From a virus (Duplodnaviria; Heunggongvirae; Uroviricota; Caudoviricetes), in IMG/VR virus record IMGVR_UViG_2721755660_000008, positions 1 through 38,243 of that record: a DNA stretch of 38,243 bases; one strand, written 5' to 3'. Position 1 is the first letter of the stretch. Each line of letters opens with the position of its first letter. This document shows, in pieces, positions 20,550-29,747 of the stretch. The notes under the pieces are model-generated. The model made no database searches. It was not told where the DNA came from and saw nothing but the letters and a program-made list of their open reading frames with translations. Position numbers and translations under genes: made by a program.

Positions 20550-21022
20550 ACCTCAATCTCTCTGACCGTTCCGCCTGCTTCTTTGAATTTTGCAATCAGG
20601 CTGTCAGCCTTATGCTCGAACTGACCATAACCAGCCCCCGGAAGTGAAGCCCAGATATTGCTGCAACGGTCGATAGCCTGACGGATATCACCGCGATCAA
20701 TCATCGGTAAAGCGCCACGCTCTTTAATCTGTTGCAGTGCCACAGCGTCCTGGCTTTTCGGAGAGAAGTCTTTCAGGCCAAGCTGCTTACGGTAGGCATC
20801 CCACCAACGGGAAAGAAGCTGGTAACGTCCGGCTGCTGTTGATTTGAGTTTTGGGTTTAGCGTGACAAGTTTGCGAGGGTGATCGGAGTAATCAGTGAAT
20901 AGCTCTCCGCCCACAATGACGTCATAACCATGATTTCTGGTTTTCTGCCGTCCGTTATCAGTTCCCTCTGACCACGCCAGCATATCGAGGAACGCCTTAC
21001 GTTGATTATTGATTTCCACCAT
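20546..21022 (-). CDS. R: Endolysin, lytic transglycosylase (lambda R-like)
   Basis: 158 aa [39 protein letters not shown], essentially lambda R as recalled. Confidence 0.95.
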
Positions 21023-21329
21023 CTTCTACTCCGGCTTTTTTAGCAGCGAAGCGTTTGATAAGCGAACCAATCGAGTCAGTACCGATGTAGCCGATGAACA
21101 CGCTCGTTATATAAGCGAGATTGCTACTTAGTCCGGCGAAGTCGAGAAGGTCACGAATGAACCAGGCGATAATGGCGCACATCGTTGCGTCGATTACTGT
21201 TTTTGTAAACGCACCGCCATTATATCTGCCGCGAAGGTACGCCATTGCAAACGCAAGGATTGCCCCGATGCCTTGTTCCTTTGCCGCGAGAATGGCGGCT
21301 AACAGGTCATGTTTTTCTGGCATCTTCAT
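21006..21329 (-). CDS. S: Holin/antiholin (lambda S-like)
   Basis: 107 aa starting [34 protein letters not shown] (dual-start motif). Confidence 0.95.
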   Translation of the reverse strand: MKMPEKHDLLAAILAAKEQGIGAILAFAMAYLRGRYNGGAFTKTVIDATMCAIIAWFIRDLLDFAGLSSNLAYITSVFIGYIGTDSIGSLIKRFAAKKAGVEDGGNQ

Positions 21330-21865
21330 GTCTTACCCCCAATAAGGGGATTTGCTCTATTTAATTAGGAATAAGGTCGATTACTGATAGAACAAATCCA
21401 GGCTACTGTGTTTAGTAATCAGATTTGTTCGTGACCGATATGCACGGGCAAAACGGCAGGAGGTTGTTAGCGCAACTTCTTGCCACCCGCTTTCACGAAG
21501 GTCATGTGTAGAAGGCCGCAGCATAACTATCACTGATGAGTTCAGGATAGCCAGTGGCTACGGCTCAGTTTGGGTTGTGGCGGTCGGTGCTGAACTCCGA
21601 CTTAATGACGATAGGCGTGTACCGACGCCTCGTTTTACTTCCTCCGCTTTCACGGCTTCACCCTAGACCAGCTTTACGAAATCCTCGTAAACCTAACCGC
21701 GGCAGATATGACCGGCACGGTGTGCCATATCACGGACCGGCGGGTGTCTCGTTCACCTGATTAACGCATCAGCCTGCGTATTCACCACAACGGAAAGAGC
21801 ACTGGCTAACCAGGCTCGCCGACTCTTCACGATTATCGGCTCAATGCTCTTACCTGTTGTGCAGA

Positions 21866-21926
21866 TATAAAAAATCCCGAAACCGTTATGCAGGCTCTAA
21901 CTATTACCTGCGAACTGTTTCGGGAT
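21866..21926 (-). terminator. tR'-like terminator ending a 6S-like short transcript
   Basis: Minus-strand stem AUCCCGAAAC...GUUUCGGGAU followed by UUUUUUAUAUCUG. Confidence 0.6.
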
Positions 21927-22067
21927 TGCATTTTGCAGACCTCTCAGCCTGCGATGGTTGGAGTTCCAGACGATACGTCGAAGTGACCAACTAGGCGGAA
22001 TCGGTAGTAAGCTCCGCCTCTTTTTATCTCACTACCATAACGAGCGAATTAACCCATCGTTGGGTCA

Positions 22068-22096
22068 AATTTACCCAACCTTATTCAAAAAGTCAA
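22068..22096 (-). promoter_or_regulatory. Late promoter pR' with overlapping qut region
   Basis: Minus strand TTGACT-17 bp-TAAATT just downstream of Q. Confidence 0.65.
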
Positions 22097-22138
22097 TATC
22101 ATGCCGTTAATATGTTGCCATCCGTGGCAATCATGCAG

Positions 22139-22762
22139 CTAACGTGTGACCGCATTCAATATGTTGTCTGCGATTGACTCTTCTTTGTGGCATTGCACCA
22201 CCAGAACGTCATACAGCGGCTTAACAGTGCGTGACCAGGTGGGTTGGGTAAGGTTTGGGATTAGCATCGTCACAGCGCGATATGCTGCGCTTGCTGGCAT
22301 CCTTGAATAGCCGACGCCTTTGCATCTTCCGCACTCTTTCTCGACAACTCTCCCCCACTGCTCTGTTTTTGCTATATCAACCGCACGGCCTGTACCGTGG
22401 CAATCTCTGCATCTTGCGCCCGGCGTCGCGGCACTACGGCAATAATCCGCATAAGCGAATGTTGCGAGCACTTGCAGTACCTTTGCCTTAGTATTTCCTT
22501 CGAGCTTTGCCACACCACGGTATTTCCCCGATACCTTGTGTGCAAATTGCATCAGATAGTTGATAGCCTTTTGTTTGTCGTTCTGGCTGAGTTCGTGCTT
22601 ACCACAGAATGCAGCCATTCCGAATCCGGCTTGTGATTGCGCCATCCCCATAGCAGCCATCACATCAGTACCGGAAAGAGAGTCAGAAGCTGTAGCCCGT
22701 GGTGAGTCGCTCATCATCGGGCTTTTTGGCGAATGAAATTTAGCTACGCTTTCGAGTCTCAT
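22139..22762 (-). CDS. Q: Late gene antiterminator Q (lambda-type)
   Basis: 207 aa MRLESVAKFHSPKSPMMSDSPRATASDS... matching lambda Q as recalled. Confidence 0.95.
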   Translation of the reverse strand: MRLESVAKFHSPKSPMMSDSPRATASDSLSGTDVMAAMGMAQSQAGFGMAAFCGKHELSQNDKQKAINYLMQFAHKVSGKYRGVAKLEGNTKAKVLQVLATFAYADYCRSAATPGARCRDCHGTGRAVDIAKTEQWGRVVEKECGRCKGVGYSRMPASAAYRAVTMLIPNLTQPTWSRTVKPLYDVLVVQCHKEESIADNILNAVTR

Positions 22763-22947
22763 CGTCTTCCCCTCTTGCCCTGTTTGACCATCAGGACGCC
22801 GTTAACTATTACGTGACGCTCGCCTTTTCTGTCTCGGTTGTACTTGAGCACTGTTCCTCTTGCACAGGAAAGCATCCTCGCCACTTCGGTCTGATTGCCT
22901 CGTGTCTGGATAAGAAGCTCTGGTATCGTTTGAATTGTGGCGTTCAT
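22759..22947 (-). CDS. ninH: NinH-like small DNA-binding protein
   Basis: 62 aa; motif GNQTEVARML.C.RGTV.KY...IVNGVLMV as in lambda NinH; ATGA overlap with Q. Confidence 0.75.
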   Translation of the reverse strand: MNATIQTIPELLIQTRGNQTEVARMLSCARGTVLKYNRDRKGERHVIVNGVLMVKQGKRGRR

Positions 22948-23306
22948 ACGTTCTCCAGTTCGGTGATTTTTATTCCAAGCCTTCCGCCTGGTACTTTCAC
23001 GCCACGAATTACGCGAATGTCATCGAATTGCTCGTCGTCTTCCGCAAATCCGGCGTGGATAAGGGAGTCGAGTAAACCTTTCAGGATGTTGTCGAGGTCG
23101 CGGCGGCGGGAGTCTGGAACGTCTGCGATGACTTTGATACGGAGTCGTGATTTGGTGAAAATGTCTAACTTGAGTTGGCGGATGATTTGCTGAACGTCTT
23201 TTCGGTATTTCTGGCCTTTATCGCTGATGTAGTATTGGCTTCCCCGTCTTCGCCAGTAGGTGTTCAGCGACGGCGGATATGGAAGCACAAACTGATATTC
23301 GTTCAT
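22944..23306 (-). CDS. rusA: Holliday junction resolvase RusA
   Basis: 120 aa; motifs PPS.N.YWRR and RRRDLDN. Confidence 0.9.
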   Translation of the reverse strand: MNEYQFVLPYPPSLNTYWRRRGSQYYISDKGQKYRKDVQQIIRQLKLDIFTKSRLRIKVIADVPDSRRRDLDNILKGLLDSLIHAGFAEDDEQFDDIRVIRGVKVPGGRLGIKITELENV

Positions 23307-23593
23307 GGCTTAATCTTCCCCTCCTTCAGCAGTATCGCCTGCGTCCTGATCACGCCTTCGAGGTGGTAAAGTCTGGCGTCTTTGTTGTCGAGATTATGGG
23401 TGCGTCGGTCGATTTCATCGTGACACGCGCTACAAGCCCATGCGCCGATCAGGTCGTCAGGCTTCATTCCCGTTCCGCAAATTCCAGCCATCCGGTAATG
23501 TGCCAGAACTGTAGTTTCAGGGTTGCCATTGCATACGCCGTAAATACGTACCTGGCATTCTCTGCCGCGTGCTTCTTTGCGTAGGTTAGCCAT
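23303..23593 (-). CDS. ybcO: DUF1364 family protein (YbcO-like)
   Basis: 96 aa Cys/His-rich protein in the ybcO-rusA arrangement known from DLP12-type nin regions. Confidence 0.7.
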   Translation of the reverse strand: MANLRKEARGRECQVRIYGVCNGNPETTVLAHYRMAGICGTGMKPDDLIGAWACSACHDEIDRRTHNLDNKDARLYHLEGVIRTQAILLKEGKIKP

Positions 23594-23862
23594 TATGGTT
23601 CACTCCAGTAATTCTCAATTGCAGCAGCCATTCTCTGCATCCACTCAGCCAGCTTTAACGCGGCTTCTCTTTCAGAACCACATTTAGGGAAATCCTTCAT
23701 TTCCATGCTGGCCTTATATGTTCTGAATGCCAGGTCTCCGGTAATAACCAACTCCTGATCAAGCACTGAGCGTTTATTCCGGTGTTGAACGTAATAGACA
23801 GATTCAGTCCGCATTTCTTCTCTGTCTTTTTTGAAGGAAATAAGCTCAGAGAAATCACTCAT
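23593..23862 (-). CDS. Hypothetical nin-region protein, 89 aa
   Basis: ORF with GAGGAA RBS; start overlaps stop of upstream small ORF. Confidence 0.55.
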   Translation of the reverse strand: MSDFSELISFKKDREEMRTESVYYVQHRNKRSVLDQELVITGDLAFRTYKASMEMKDFPKCGSEREAALKLAEWMQRMAAAIENYWSEP

Positions 23863-24025
23863 CGTCTTCTTCCTCGTACATTGAGCTATTCGGATCGCTC
23901 ATCAGTTCTGCGCAGCAATCGGAGCACACGTGAACTTCCAGCACATGCAGCTTCTGACCGCAGTTAGCGCACGTTAAAGCCCGCTCGACGCTTTCTTGTT
24001 CGTAACTTCGATTTGGGTCAATCAC
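23855..24025 (-). CDS. Small zinc-ribbon-like protein in ninF position (56 aa, GTG start)
   Basis: Hand-translated ORF absent from the ORF track: GTG overlapping ninE stop (GTGA), GAGGAA RBS; contains CANCG...CSDCC; stop overlaps next gene start. Confidence 0.45.
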   Translation of the reverse strand: MIDPNRSYEQESVERALTCANCGQKLHVLEVHVCSDCCAELMSDPNSSMYEEEDDE

Positions 24026-24204
24026 CTTGTTTTCCTCGCACGTTCTCTAAGCCACCGGATATCCCACAGGTGAGCCGTGTAGTTGAAGGTTTTTACGTCA
24101 GATTCTTTCGGGATTGGCTTGCGTTTATTTCTGGAGCGTTTCGTTGGAAGGTATTTGCAGTTTTCGCAGATTATGTCGGTGATACTTCGTCGCTGTCTCG
24201 CCAC
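24022..24204 (-). CDS. ninE: NinE
   Basis: 60 aa [52 protein letters not shown], near-identical to lambda NinE as recalled. Confidence 0.85.
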   Translation of the reverse strand: MARQRRSITDIICENCKYLPTKRSRNKRKPIPKESDVKTFNYTAHLWDIRWLRERARKTR

Positions 24205-24344
24205 ACGTCCTCCTTTTCCTGCGGTAGTGGTAACACCCCTGTTGGTGTTCTTTCACACCGGAGACACCATCGATTCCAGTAAGGCTGTCCTGGTCGAAAG
24301 CGATCGTCTTCCTTTCGCTCTCCACATCGATAACAGTGCTTCAT
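24171..24344 (-). CDS. ninD: NinD-like small zinc-binding protein (57 aa)
   Basis: ORF 24171..24362; start placed at [11 protein letters not shown] (ATGA overlap with methyltransferase stop); 34-nt overlap with ninE as in lambda ninD/ninE. Confidence 0.6.
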   Translation of the reverse strand: MKHCYRCGERKEDDRFRPGQPYWNRWCLRCERTPTGVLPLPQEKEDVWRDSDEVSPT

Positions 24345-24931
24345 GCGATCACCATTTTGCATGGTTTAATCGCCATGCCGGGAGCCAGTTCAAAATCGGA
24401 GTCGCACTGATTTCCCCACATATCCCACCCGGTCACTTTGTCGCGGCTAAATAACTCACAGCGCGGCACGTCGCCAAGCAACTTAGCTAACATGTCTCTT
24501 ACGATCGGTGGTTTTGCACTGTGCTCCATTCTCGGTGCGGTAAAGTGCTGGCATATTGAAGCGTCCATTCTCTCAGGCAACCGCCCTCGAACGGCAAACA
24601 AGCAATCCTCGCTATTTGCCCGGGTCATATGCCCCATTCCGATCGCACTGTTGCCTTTGTGCTTATTGGTTTTGTGCCAAGTAAAGCCTTTCATAGTCAT
24701 CAACCTGAATCCCCACGCCTCAATTACCTTTAGCGCTTCGGCTGGCTGTGTCGGCACCCACCACATCGCTAACAAGCAAGATTCTGGATCCGCTAAATCC
24801 CATACTGGCAGTCGGCAAATGTCCTGAACATTCATAACATCGTATTTATGTCCAGCACCGCGATTGCCATCGTTGGCTTTGTCGCGATATTGCCAAGGCG
24901 GATCTGCGTAAATAAGTCGGTATTTGTTCAT
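24341..24931 (-). CDS. DNA N6-adenine methyltransferase (MT-A70-like)
   Basis: 196 aa; catalytic motif DPPW near N-terminus ([10 protein letters not shown]). Confidence 0.85.
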   Translation of the reverse strand: MNKYRLIYADPPWQYRDKANDGNRGAGHKYDVMNVQDICRLPVWDLADPESCLLAMWWVPTQPAEALKVIEAWGFRLMTMKGFTWHKTNKHKGNSAIGMGHMTRANSEDCLFAVRGRLPERMDASICQHFTAPRMEHSAKPPIVRDMLAKLLGDVPRCELFSRDKVTGWDMWGNQCDSDFELAPGMAIKPCKMVIA

Positions 24932-25368
24932 GCAGCTTTATCTCCCCATCTCGCTTTCCACTCCAGAGCCAGTCGCGCTTCGTCTGACCACTTAACGCCA
25001 CGCTCTGTACCGAATGCCTGTATAAGCTCTAATAACTCCGCAAATTCGCTTACACGCATCCTGCTGGTTGACTGGCCTATTACCACAAAGCCATTCCCGG
25101 CGAGGTTAGGAACAACGTCCTGCTGCTTTAATGCTGCTGTAAAAACGCACTTCCAGCTTTCTGCATCCAGCCAGCGACCATGCCATTCAACCTGACGCGA
25201 AACGTCACCAAGGCAAGCCCAAAGCTTCCGATTTTGGTCTAAGCTGCGGTTGCGCTCCTGAATGGTTACTACGATTGGTTTGGTTGGGTCTGGAAGGATT
25301 TGCTGTACTGCGTGAATAGCGTTTTGCTGATGTGCTGGAGATCGAATTTCAAAGGTTAGTTTTTTCAT
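24928..25368 (-). CDS. ninB: NinB recombination protein
   Basis: 146 aa MKKLTFEIRSPAHQQNAIHAVQQILPDPTKPIVVTIQERNRSLDQNRKLWACLGDV, matches lambda NinB as recalled. Confidence 0.9.
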   Translation of the reverse strand: MKKLTFEIRSPAHQQNAIHAVQQILPDPTKPIVVTIQERNRSLDQNRKLWACLGDVSRQVEWHGRWLDAESWKCVFTAALKQQDVVPNLAGNGFVVIGQSTSRMRVSEFAELLELIQAFGTERGVKWSDEARLALEWKARWGDKAA

Positions 25369-25561
25369 GACTTCCCTCTCTAACAGATTTCAAGTTATTC
25401 CACTCCGTTACCGCACTGCGATAATTCGCGGCCGCCACAGCAGCGTGGTTAGCGCAGTAGATTTGGCACCCGTTCTCCATGTCGAATATTGTCGGTGATT
25501 TTCCGCATTTACATTTTTTGGCACGCGGTGCGTCTGAACACATTCCGTTAACGGTGTCCAT
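25349..25561 (-). CDS. Small Cys-rich hypothetical protein, 70 aa
   Basis: ORF with GAGGGGG RBS directly after tR2-like terminator; CKCG and C..YC motifs. Confidence 0.5.
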   Translation of the reverse strand: MDTVNGMCSDAPRAKKCKCGKSPTIFDMENGCQIYCANHAAVAAANYRSAVTEWNNLKSVREGSHEKTNL

Positions 25562-25584
25562 CAGGATCCCCCTCGTTCTTAATC

Positions 25585-25616
25585 CAATAAAAAAGGGCTA
25601 CTGTGTAAATAGCCCC
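25585..25616 (-). terminator. tR2-like intrinsic terminator between replication and nin genes
   Basis: Minus-strand hairpin GGGGCUA-loop-UAGCCC followed by UUUUUUAUUGG. Confidence 0.5.
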
Positions 25617-25642
25617 TGTTATTAGCTCAGTGATGTAGATGG

Positions 25643-27019
25643 TCATACGTCCGCCCCTTGTGCATATCGTCTGCCACGCGCAGCAGGTGCATTTGATGCT
25701 GTGCAAATCTGTCTGGCTTCATCCTGGTCACATGCAACAAAGTGTCCGTTGCAGAACCGCTGGTAAACCGTACCAAGCGAGCCAAAACGGTTTTTTGTCA
25801 CAATGATTTCAGCAAATGGTGCGGCGCTACTGTTCTCGTCATATACCGCTTCCCGATAGAGCATGATGATTGAGTCTGCGTCCTGTTCAATGCTTCCTGA
25901 ATCACGCAAATCTGCGTTTGTCGGGCGTTTGTTTGGTCGCTTCTCAACATCGCGCGAAAGCTGACTCAGGGAGATAACAGGCGTTTTCAGGTCTTTCGCC
26001 ATCGCCTTCAGGCTTCCGGAGATGTGAGCAATTGCGAGGTCGTTGCGGTCTGCTTTCGGCTTCTCAATCAGGCCAAGATAATCCGCCATGATGAGTGAGA
26101 GGTTTGGATTTTCCTGTTTGTGCCGTTCTGCGATTGAGCGTATTTCTTCGACCGATAACCGCGAGGCATCGACTACCCATACATCCAAATCTGCAAGCTG
26201 ACTCATGCCGTTAGCAACACGTGCCCAGCCCTCGTCATCCATCGATGCAGGATTTCGCAGCACGCTAACCGACATCCTCCCGGCGTTGGCAATACTTCGC
26301 TCTGCAATCTGCAATGCGCTCATTTCCATCGAGAAAATCAACACTCCGCGCCGGACGTCAGAACCAGGAATAACGCGACTTGCAACGCCTTCGGCAATCT
26401 TCAGCGCCAGTTCGGTTTTCCCCATACCAGGACGAGCAGCGATTATCACCAGGTCTTCCGCGTTCATCCCTCCGGTGATAGCGTCAAGTTCTTCGATTCC
26501 GGTCTTCAGGGTATCGGACTCTTCTCCGTTCCTCAGACGCCTGTCAAGCGTGTCAGTGTAGTCGGTAATGATTTCCCCTAACCGTACCGGTTTAACCTCG
26601 TCACGGGGCTTTCTGATGGCTGAAAGACGCTTTACAAGCTCATCCATCGCCTGACTCGATGCGTCGATGGTTCCGCTCTGAATTGGTTCACGCATTTCAT
26701 CCATGATTTCCAGCACCAGACGGCGGTGATAGTTATCCGCGACCATTCCGGCATATCCCTTCAGGTTTGCGGCACTCGGGCAGTTTTTGCTGGTCATCAG
26801 GATTGACGTGAAATGCTCCTCTCCGCACGCCTCGGCAACCATCAGCGCGTCGATTAGGTTTCTGTTTCGCGCCTGCTTGCGGATAACCTCGAAGGCTTTC
26901 CGGTAGAGCGGAATTGAAAACGCTTCCGGCTCCAGCGTTGCCAGAACGTCACTGGCAGTTGGTGTTAATCCACCAATCAGCAGGCCACCGATAACGCTCG
27001 CTTCGATATCCTGTCTCAT
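25643..27019 (-). CDS. Replicative DNA helicase (DnaB-like, P22 gp12-type)
   Basis: 458 aa; Walker A GMGKT ([16 protein letters not shown]); ATGA overlap with O-like gene. Confidence 0.9.
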   Translation of the reverse strand: MRQDIEASVIGGLLIGGLTPTASDVLATLEPEAFSIPLYRKAFEVIRKQARNRNLIDALMVAEACGEEHFTSILMTSKNCPSAANLKGYAGMVADNYHRRLVLEIMDEMREPIQSGTIDASSQAMDELVKRLSAIRKPRDEVKPVRLGEIITDYTDTLDRRLRNGEESDTLKTGIEELDAITGGMNAEDLVIIAARPGMGKTELALKIAEGVASRVIPGSDVRRGVLIFSMEMSALQIAERSIANAGRMSVSVLRNPASMDDEGWARVANGMSQLADLDVWVVDASRLSVEEIRSIAERHKQENPNLSLIMADYLGLIEKPKADRNDLAIAHISGSLKAMAKDLKTPVISLSQLSRDVEKRPNKRPTNADLRDSGSIEQDADSIIMLYREAVYDENSSAAPFAEIIVTKNRFGSLGTVYQRFCNGHFVACDQDEARQICTASNAPAARGRRYAQGADV

Positions 27020-27963
27020 GCAATCCCCCTGTCTGCAAACTTCCCTTCCCGAACTCCCGTTAACGAATCTTCTCTCAGCAAGTAATCAAAATCTGCCGTC
27101 CAGCCAGTGTCGTTGTCTCCGAAGTAAAACGGCTTGGCCTGATGCACAAACGCCCTGACATACGCTCTGAAGCCGTCCACGTTTGGCGTTTTCAGTTGCG
27201 GGATGATTTTCTTCAGGCGGCGTTTGCGTTTCTCGTTGACCGCAACAGCATGTGGAAGTCTGTCGCCGACTTCGGTGTTGTAGGCGTTCAGGAAGGATTC
27301 GTAGTCGATTCGTTCTGCCTTGCGACGTTCAGGTTTAACCTGCCCATCGCCTCCCCCATTGGGGGGTAGGGGGGTATTATTTATATTCTTGTTAATACCT
27401 TCTTGTTCATGATGTGCGGCATCATGTGCGGTTGTTTGTGCGGCTTCATGTGTGGCATGTACGCTGAAAGCCGCGCCATTACTGGCTTCATCATGTGCGG
27501 CATCATGTGCGGTTGTTTGTGCGGCTTCATGTGCGGGTGAATTGTCCATTTTTTGAGCGTATTCATGGTAATTTGTGATGGTGATCACACGCCCTTTTTG
27601 CTTCTCTCCATCAATGGAAATCATCCCCTCTTTCACAAAAACCTGAAGCATCCGCTCAACCTGATCACGGCTTGCTGGCTTGCCATGCCTGTCGCATAAC
27701 TGAAGACCTAAATCAGCTGCTGTCACAACCAGTTGACCGGGTTGCAGATGCCATTCATGACCTTTGAAATTCGCTTTGTATGGCTTTCTGGCGGCATTCA
27801 GGAGAAGGTTTTCCCACAGGGTGCGAAGATAAACATCTTTCGCCCATGACTGTTTCAGAATGCTCCGGTACAACGGAATGTAACCAGTTTTCTGGTTCTC
27901 CATCCTGTTGCTCCTGCGCTCGTGTGCGGCGCTGAAATCGTAGATTTTTGCTGTATTGCTCAT
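27016..27963 (-). CDS. Replication initiation protein (O-like, P22 gp18-type) containing the iteron origin
   Basis: 315 aa; internal [13 protein letters not shown] peptide repeats encoded by DNA iterons; followed by helicase gene. Confidence 0.85.
   Translation of the reverse strand: MSNTAKIYDFSAAHERRSNRMENQKTGYIPLYRSILKQSWAKDVYLRTLWENLLLNAARKPYKANFKGHEWHLQPGQLVVTAADLGLQLCDRHGKPASRDQVERMLQVFVKEGMISIDGEKQKGRVITITNYHEYAQKMDNSPAHEAAQTTAHDAAHDEASNGAAFSVHATHEAAQTTAHDAAHHEQEGINKNINNTPLPPNGGGDGQVKPERRKAERIDYESFLNAYNTEVGDRLPHAVAVNEKRKRRLKKIIPQLKTPNVDGFRAYVRAFVHQAKPFYFGDNDTGWTADFDYLLREDSLTGVREGKFADRGIA
27375..27540. repeat. Putative replication origin: two 48-bp direct repeats (27408-27455, 27489-27536), each with four ~12-bp ATGTGCGG-type iterons, beside an AT-rich stretch (27375-27400)
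   Basis: Direct repeats CATGATGTGCGGCATCATGTGCGGTTGTTTGTGCGGCTTCATGTG(T/C)GG with 81-bp period inside the O-like gene. Confidence 0.6.
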
Positions 27964-27965
27964 AA

Positions 27966-28238
27966 CTACCTGCCTTGACGAAAGACCTTAAGAACATCGT
28001 TAAACTGACTTACGGATATGTCTTCTTTGAGCAGCTTTTCCAGAAATGCGTTTGGAATGAACGTATATCCCTCCTCTTTTGGTAGAGACGGGAGCAACGC
28101 CCTCGCCTCAGCCTTCAGAAGCTCAGTTCTGGCAACTTTCACAAAAGAGATTTGAGTTCTTTCATCAATGGAACGAAGGAAGCGCAAACGCTTAGCTTCT
28201 TTGTGTGTATCAGGTGGATTAAAGCCTTTGTTTCGCAT
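27966..28238 (-). CDS. Hypothetical basic protein between cII and O-like genes, 90 aa
   Basis: ORF 27966..28403 trimmed to Met56 (MRNKGFNPP) with GAGGT RBS, downstream of cII stop. Confidence 0.5.
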   Translation of the reverse strand: MRNKGFNPPDTHKEAKRLRFLRSIDERTQISFVKVARTELLKAEARALLPSLPKEEGYTFIPNAFLEKLLKEDISVSQFNDVLKVFRQGR

Positions 28239-28260
28239 ATAATTACCTCGTTGGATGTTG

Positions 28261-28557
28261 TTAAAATTCCATTTGTATTTGATCAGAACGCTCGGTTGCC
28301 GCCGGGCGTTTTTTATTGGTGAGTCCATCAAGCGCATACTTAAAAGCCCTGCTAATCGGACTGATGTCTGATGCCATTCCGAAAGCACACAAGACCGAAG
28401 CAATAAATCTCCAGTCCGTTCTGCTTATCTTCGATTCATGACAGCCAATCATCTTTGCCAGACCGCGCTGGGTAAGCGTTGACAGGTTGATGAGTAAATC
28501 TGTTTCTGCGCGATCAACGTCGCGCTGTGATAGTTTGCTGTAACTTGTTTGTTCCAT
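28261..28557 (-). CDS. cII: CII transcriptional activator
   Basis: 98 aa; C-terminus LTNKKRPAATERSDQIQMEF matches lambda CII; central HTH. Confidence 0.85.
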   Translation of the reverse strand: MEQTSYSKLSQRDVDRAETDLLINLSTLTQRGLAKMIGCHESKISRTDWRFIASVLCAFGMASDISPISRAFKYALDGLTNKKRPAATERSDQIQMEF

Positions 28558-28621
28558 TTCTTACTATTTCCATAGGTAAATAATCACCAATACTCATCTT
28601 TCGATGAGTGATTAATTAGTT

Positions 28622-28656
28622 ACCGCGTTGTCGGCGGTGCAGATTGATAAAGAGCG
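28622..28656 (-). promoter_or_regulatory. nutR-like site (boxA CGCTCTTTA and boxB hairpin ACCGCC-GACAA-CGCGGU)
   Basis: Minus-strand boxA followed by stem-loop, between cro and cII. Confidence 0.5.
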
Positions 28657-28663
28657 GTGTTAC

Positions 28664-28888
28664 TTATGCTGCCTGATTCGGTTTTGGAAACAGGTGTGGC
28701 AAATCGGGGCGAATTTCGTAAGCCTTGATCTGCCCTCCAGTGGCGTTAACGATGGCGGTAACTTTCTCTGGAGAGACCAACCCGCCTTTCAGCCATTTGT
28801 GTACTGCTGGCTGCGTTACACCACACTTGTCGGCAAGGCGCTTTTGGCTACCGACAATTTTCAAGGCTCGTTGAATTACTAAATTCAT
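28664..28888 (-). CDS. cro: Cro-like repressor
   Basis: ORF 28664..28909 trimmed to Met8 (AGAGGT RBS 6 nt upstream); HTH Q.KLADKCGVTQPAVHKW; divergent from cI. Confidence 0.75.
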   Translation of the reverse strand: MNLVIQRALKIVGSQKRLADKCGVTQPAVHKWLKGGLVSPEKVTAIVNATGGQIKAYEIRPDLPHLFPKPNQAA

Positions 28889-28921
28889 GAGCATACCTCT
28901 TGTGGTCATTACTTATAACCA

Positions 28922-28992
28922 AAGATAACTCAAGTTATAAAAAATAGCAATAACCTTTGTTATTTTACTTTGGATAACCGTAGTTATAGATT
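28922..28992. promoter_or_regulatory. OR region: three 14-bp operators of form ATAAC-N4-GTTAT (28925-28938, 28950-28963, 28974-28987) with putative PR (minus, TTGCTA-17-TATCTT) and PRM (plus, leaderless cI)
   Basis: Three inverted repeats spaced 24-25 bp between the divergent cro and cI starts. Confidence 0.55.
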
Positions 28993-28999
28993 TGTGGGT

Positions 29000-29707
29000 A
29001 TGAAAACATTCGCAGAAAGACTAAATGCAGCCATGAGCTCAGCAGGGGTATCACAATCACAGCTTGCTGACATGGTTGGAATATCTCAGCCAGCCATACA
29101 GAAGATGTCGTCCGGTAAAACAAACGGATCTCGCAAGATGGTTGAATTAGCCAATGCTTTAAAAGTGCGCCCTGAATGGCTTAGTTCTGGTATTGGTGAA
29201 ATGAGGGATGGTGCACATGAAGAACCATCCAATGTCCGTGAGTCATCTTTAAAAGCTGTGGTATGGGAAGACATTAAAAGAAACGATGACGAGTTTGTTG
29301 CGTTGCCTCTTCTTAACGTTTCGCTTTCAGCTGGAAGCGGTAGCTGCGAGCTAGAGGAATCATCGGAGTTCTCTTTGGTTTTCAGAAAGCACTATCTGAA
29401 AAAGATGGGAGTATCTGAAAGATCAGCCAAGCTAGTTAGGGTTGTAGGGCAAAGCATGGAACCAACGCTTCACGATGGCGATGTTGTTGGTGTTAACACG
29501 CAAGATACCACCATCAGAGATGGTAAAACCTACGCTATTTGCCAGTCTGATTTGTTACGAGTAAAAACATTAATCGCCACCCCTACATCGGTGATAATCA
29601 GATCAATAAATCGCGAAGAGTACCCGGATGAAGTAATGGATAGAGATGAATTTCATGAAACCGTAAGGATTATTGGCAGAGTATTCTGGTCGTCTCATAG
29701 TTGGTAA
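29000..29707 (+). CDS. cI: CI-type prophage repressor (HTH plus LexA-like S24 peptidase domain)
   Basis: ORF 28970..29707 (TTG) trimmed to ATG at 29000; HTH SQSQLADMVGISQPAIQKM; C-terminal VVGQSMEPTLHDGD catalytic Ser motif. Confidence 0.85.
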   Translation: MKTFAERLNAAMSSAGVSQSQLADMVGISQPAIQKMSSGKTNGSRKMVELANALKVRPEWLSSGIGEMRDGAHEEPSNVRESSLKAVVWEDIKRNDDEFVALPLLNVSLSAGSGSCELEESSEFSLVFRKHYLKKMGVSERSAKLVRVVGQSMEPTLHDGDVVGVNTQDTTIRDGKTYAICQSDLLRVKTLIATPTSVIIRSINREEYPDEVMDRDEFHETVRIIGRVFWSSHSW

Positions 29708-29747
29708 CCGATAATCAGAAGAAGACTTACGGAAGTGCGGAGGGATA

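Noticed and set aside
21554-21760. 68-aa plus-strand ORF in the Q-S late leader
   Set aside because: Opposite strand to the late transcript, no RBS, Arg/Pro-rich
27381-27566. 61-aa minus-strand His/Pro/Met-rich ORF
   Set aside because: Alternative-frame translation of the iteron repeats inside the O-like gene
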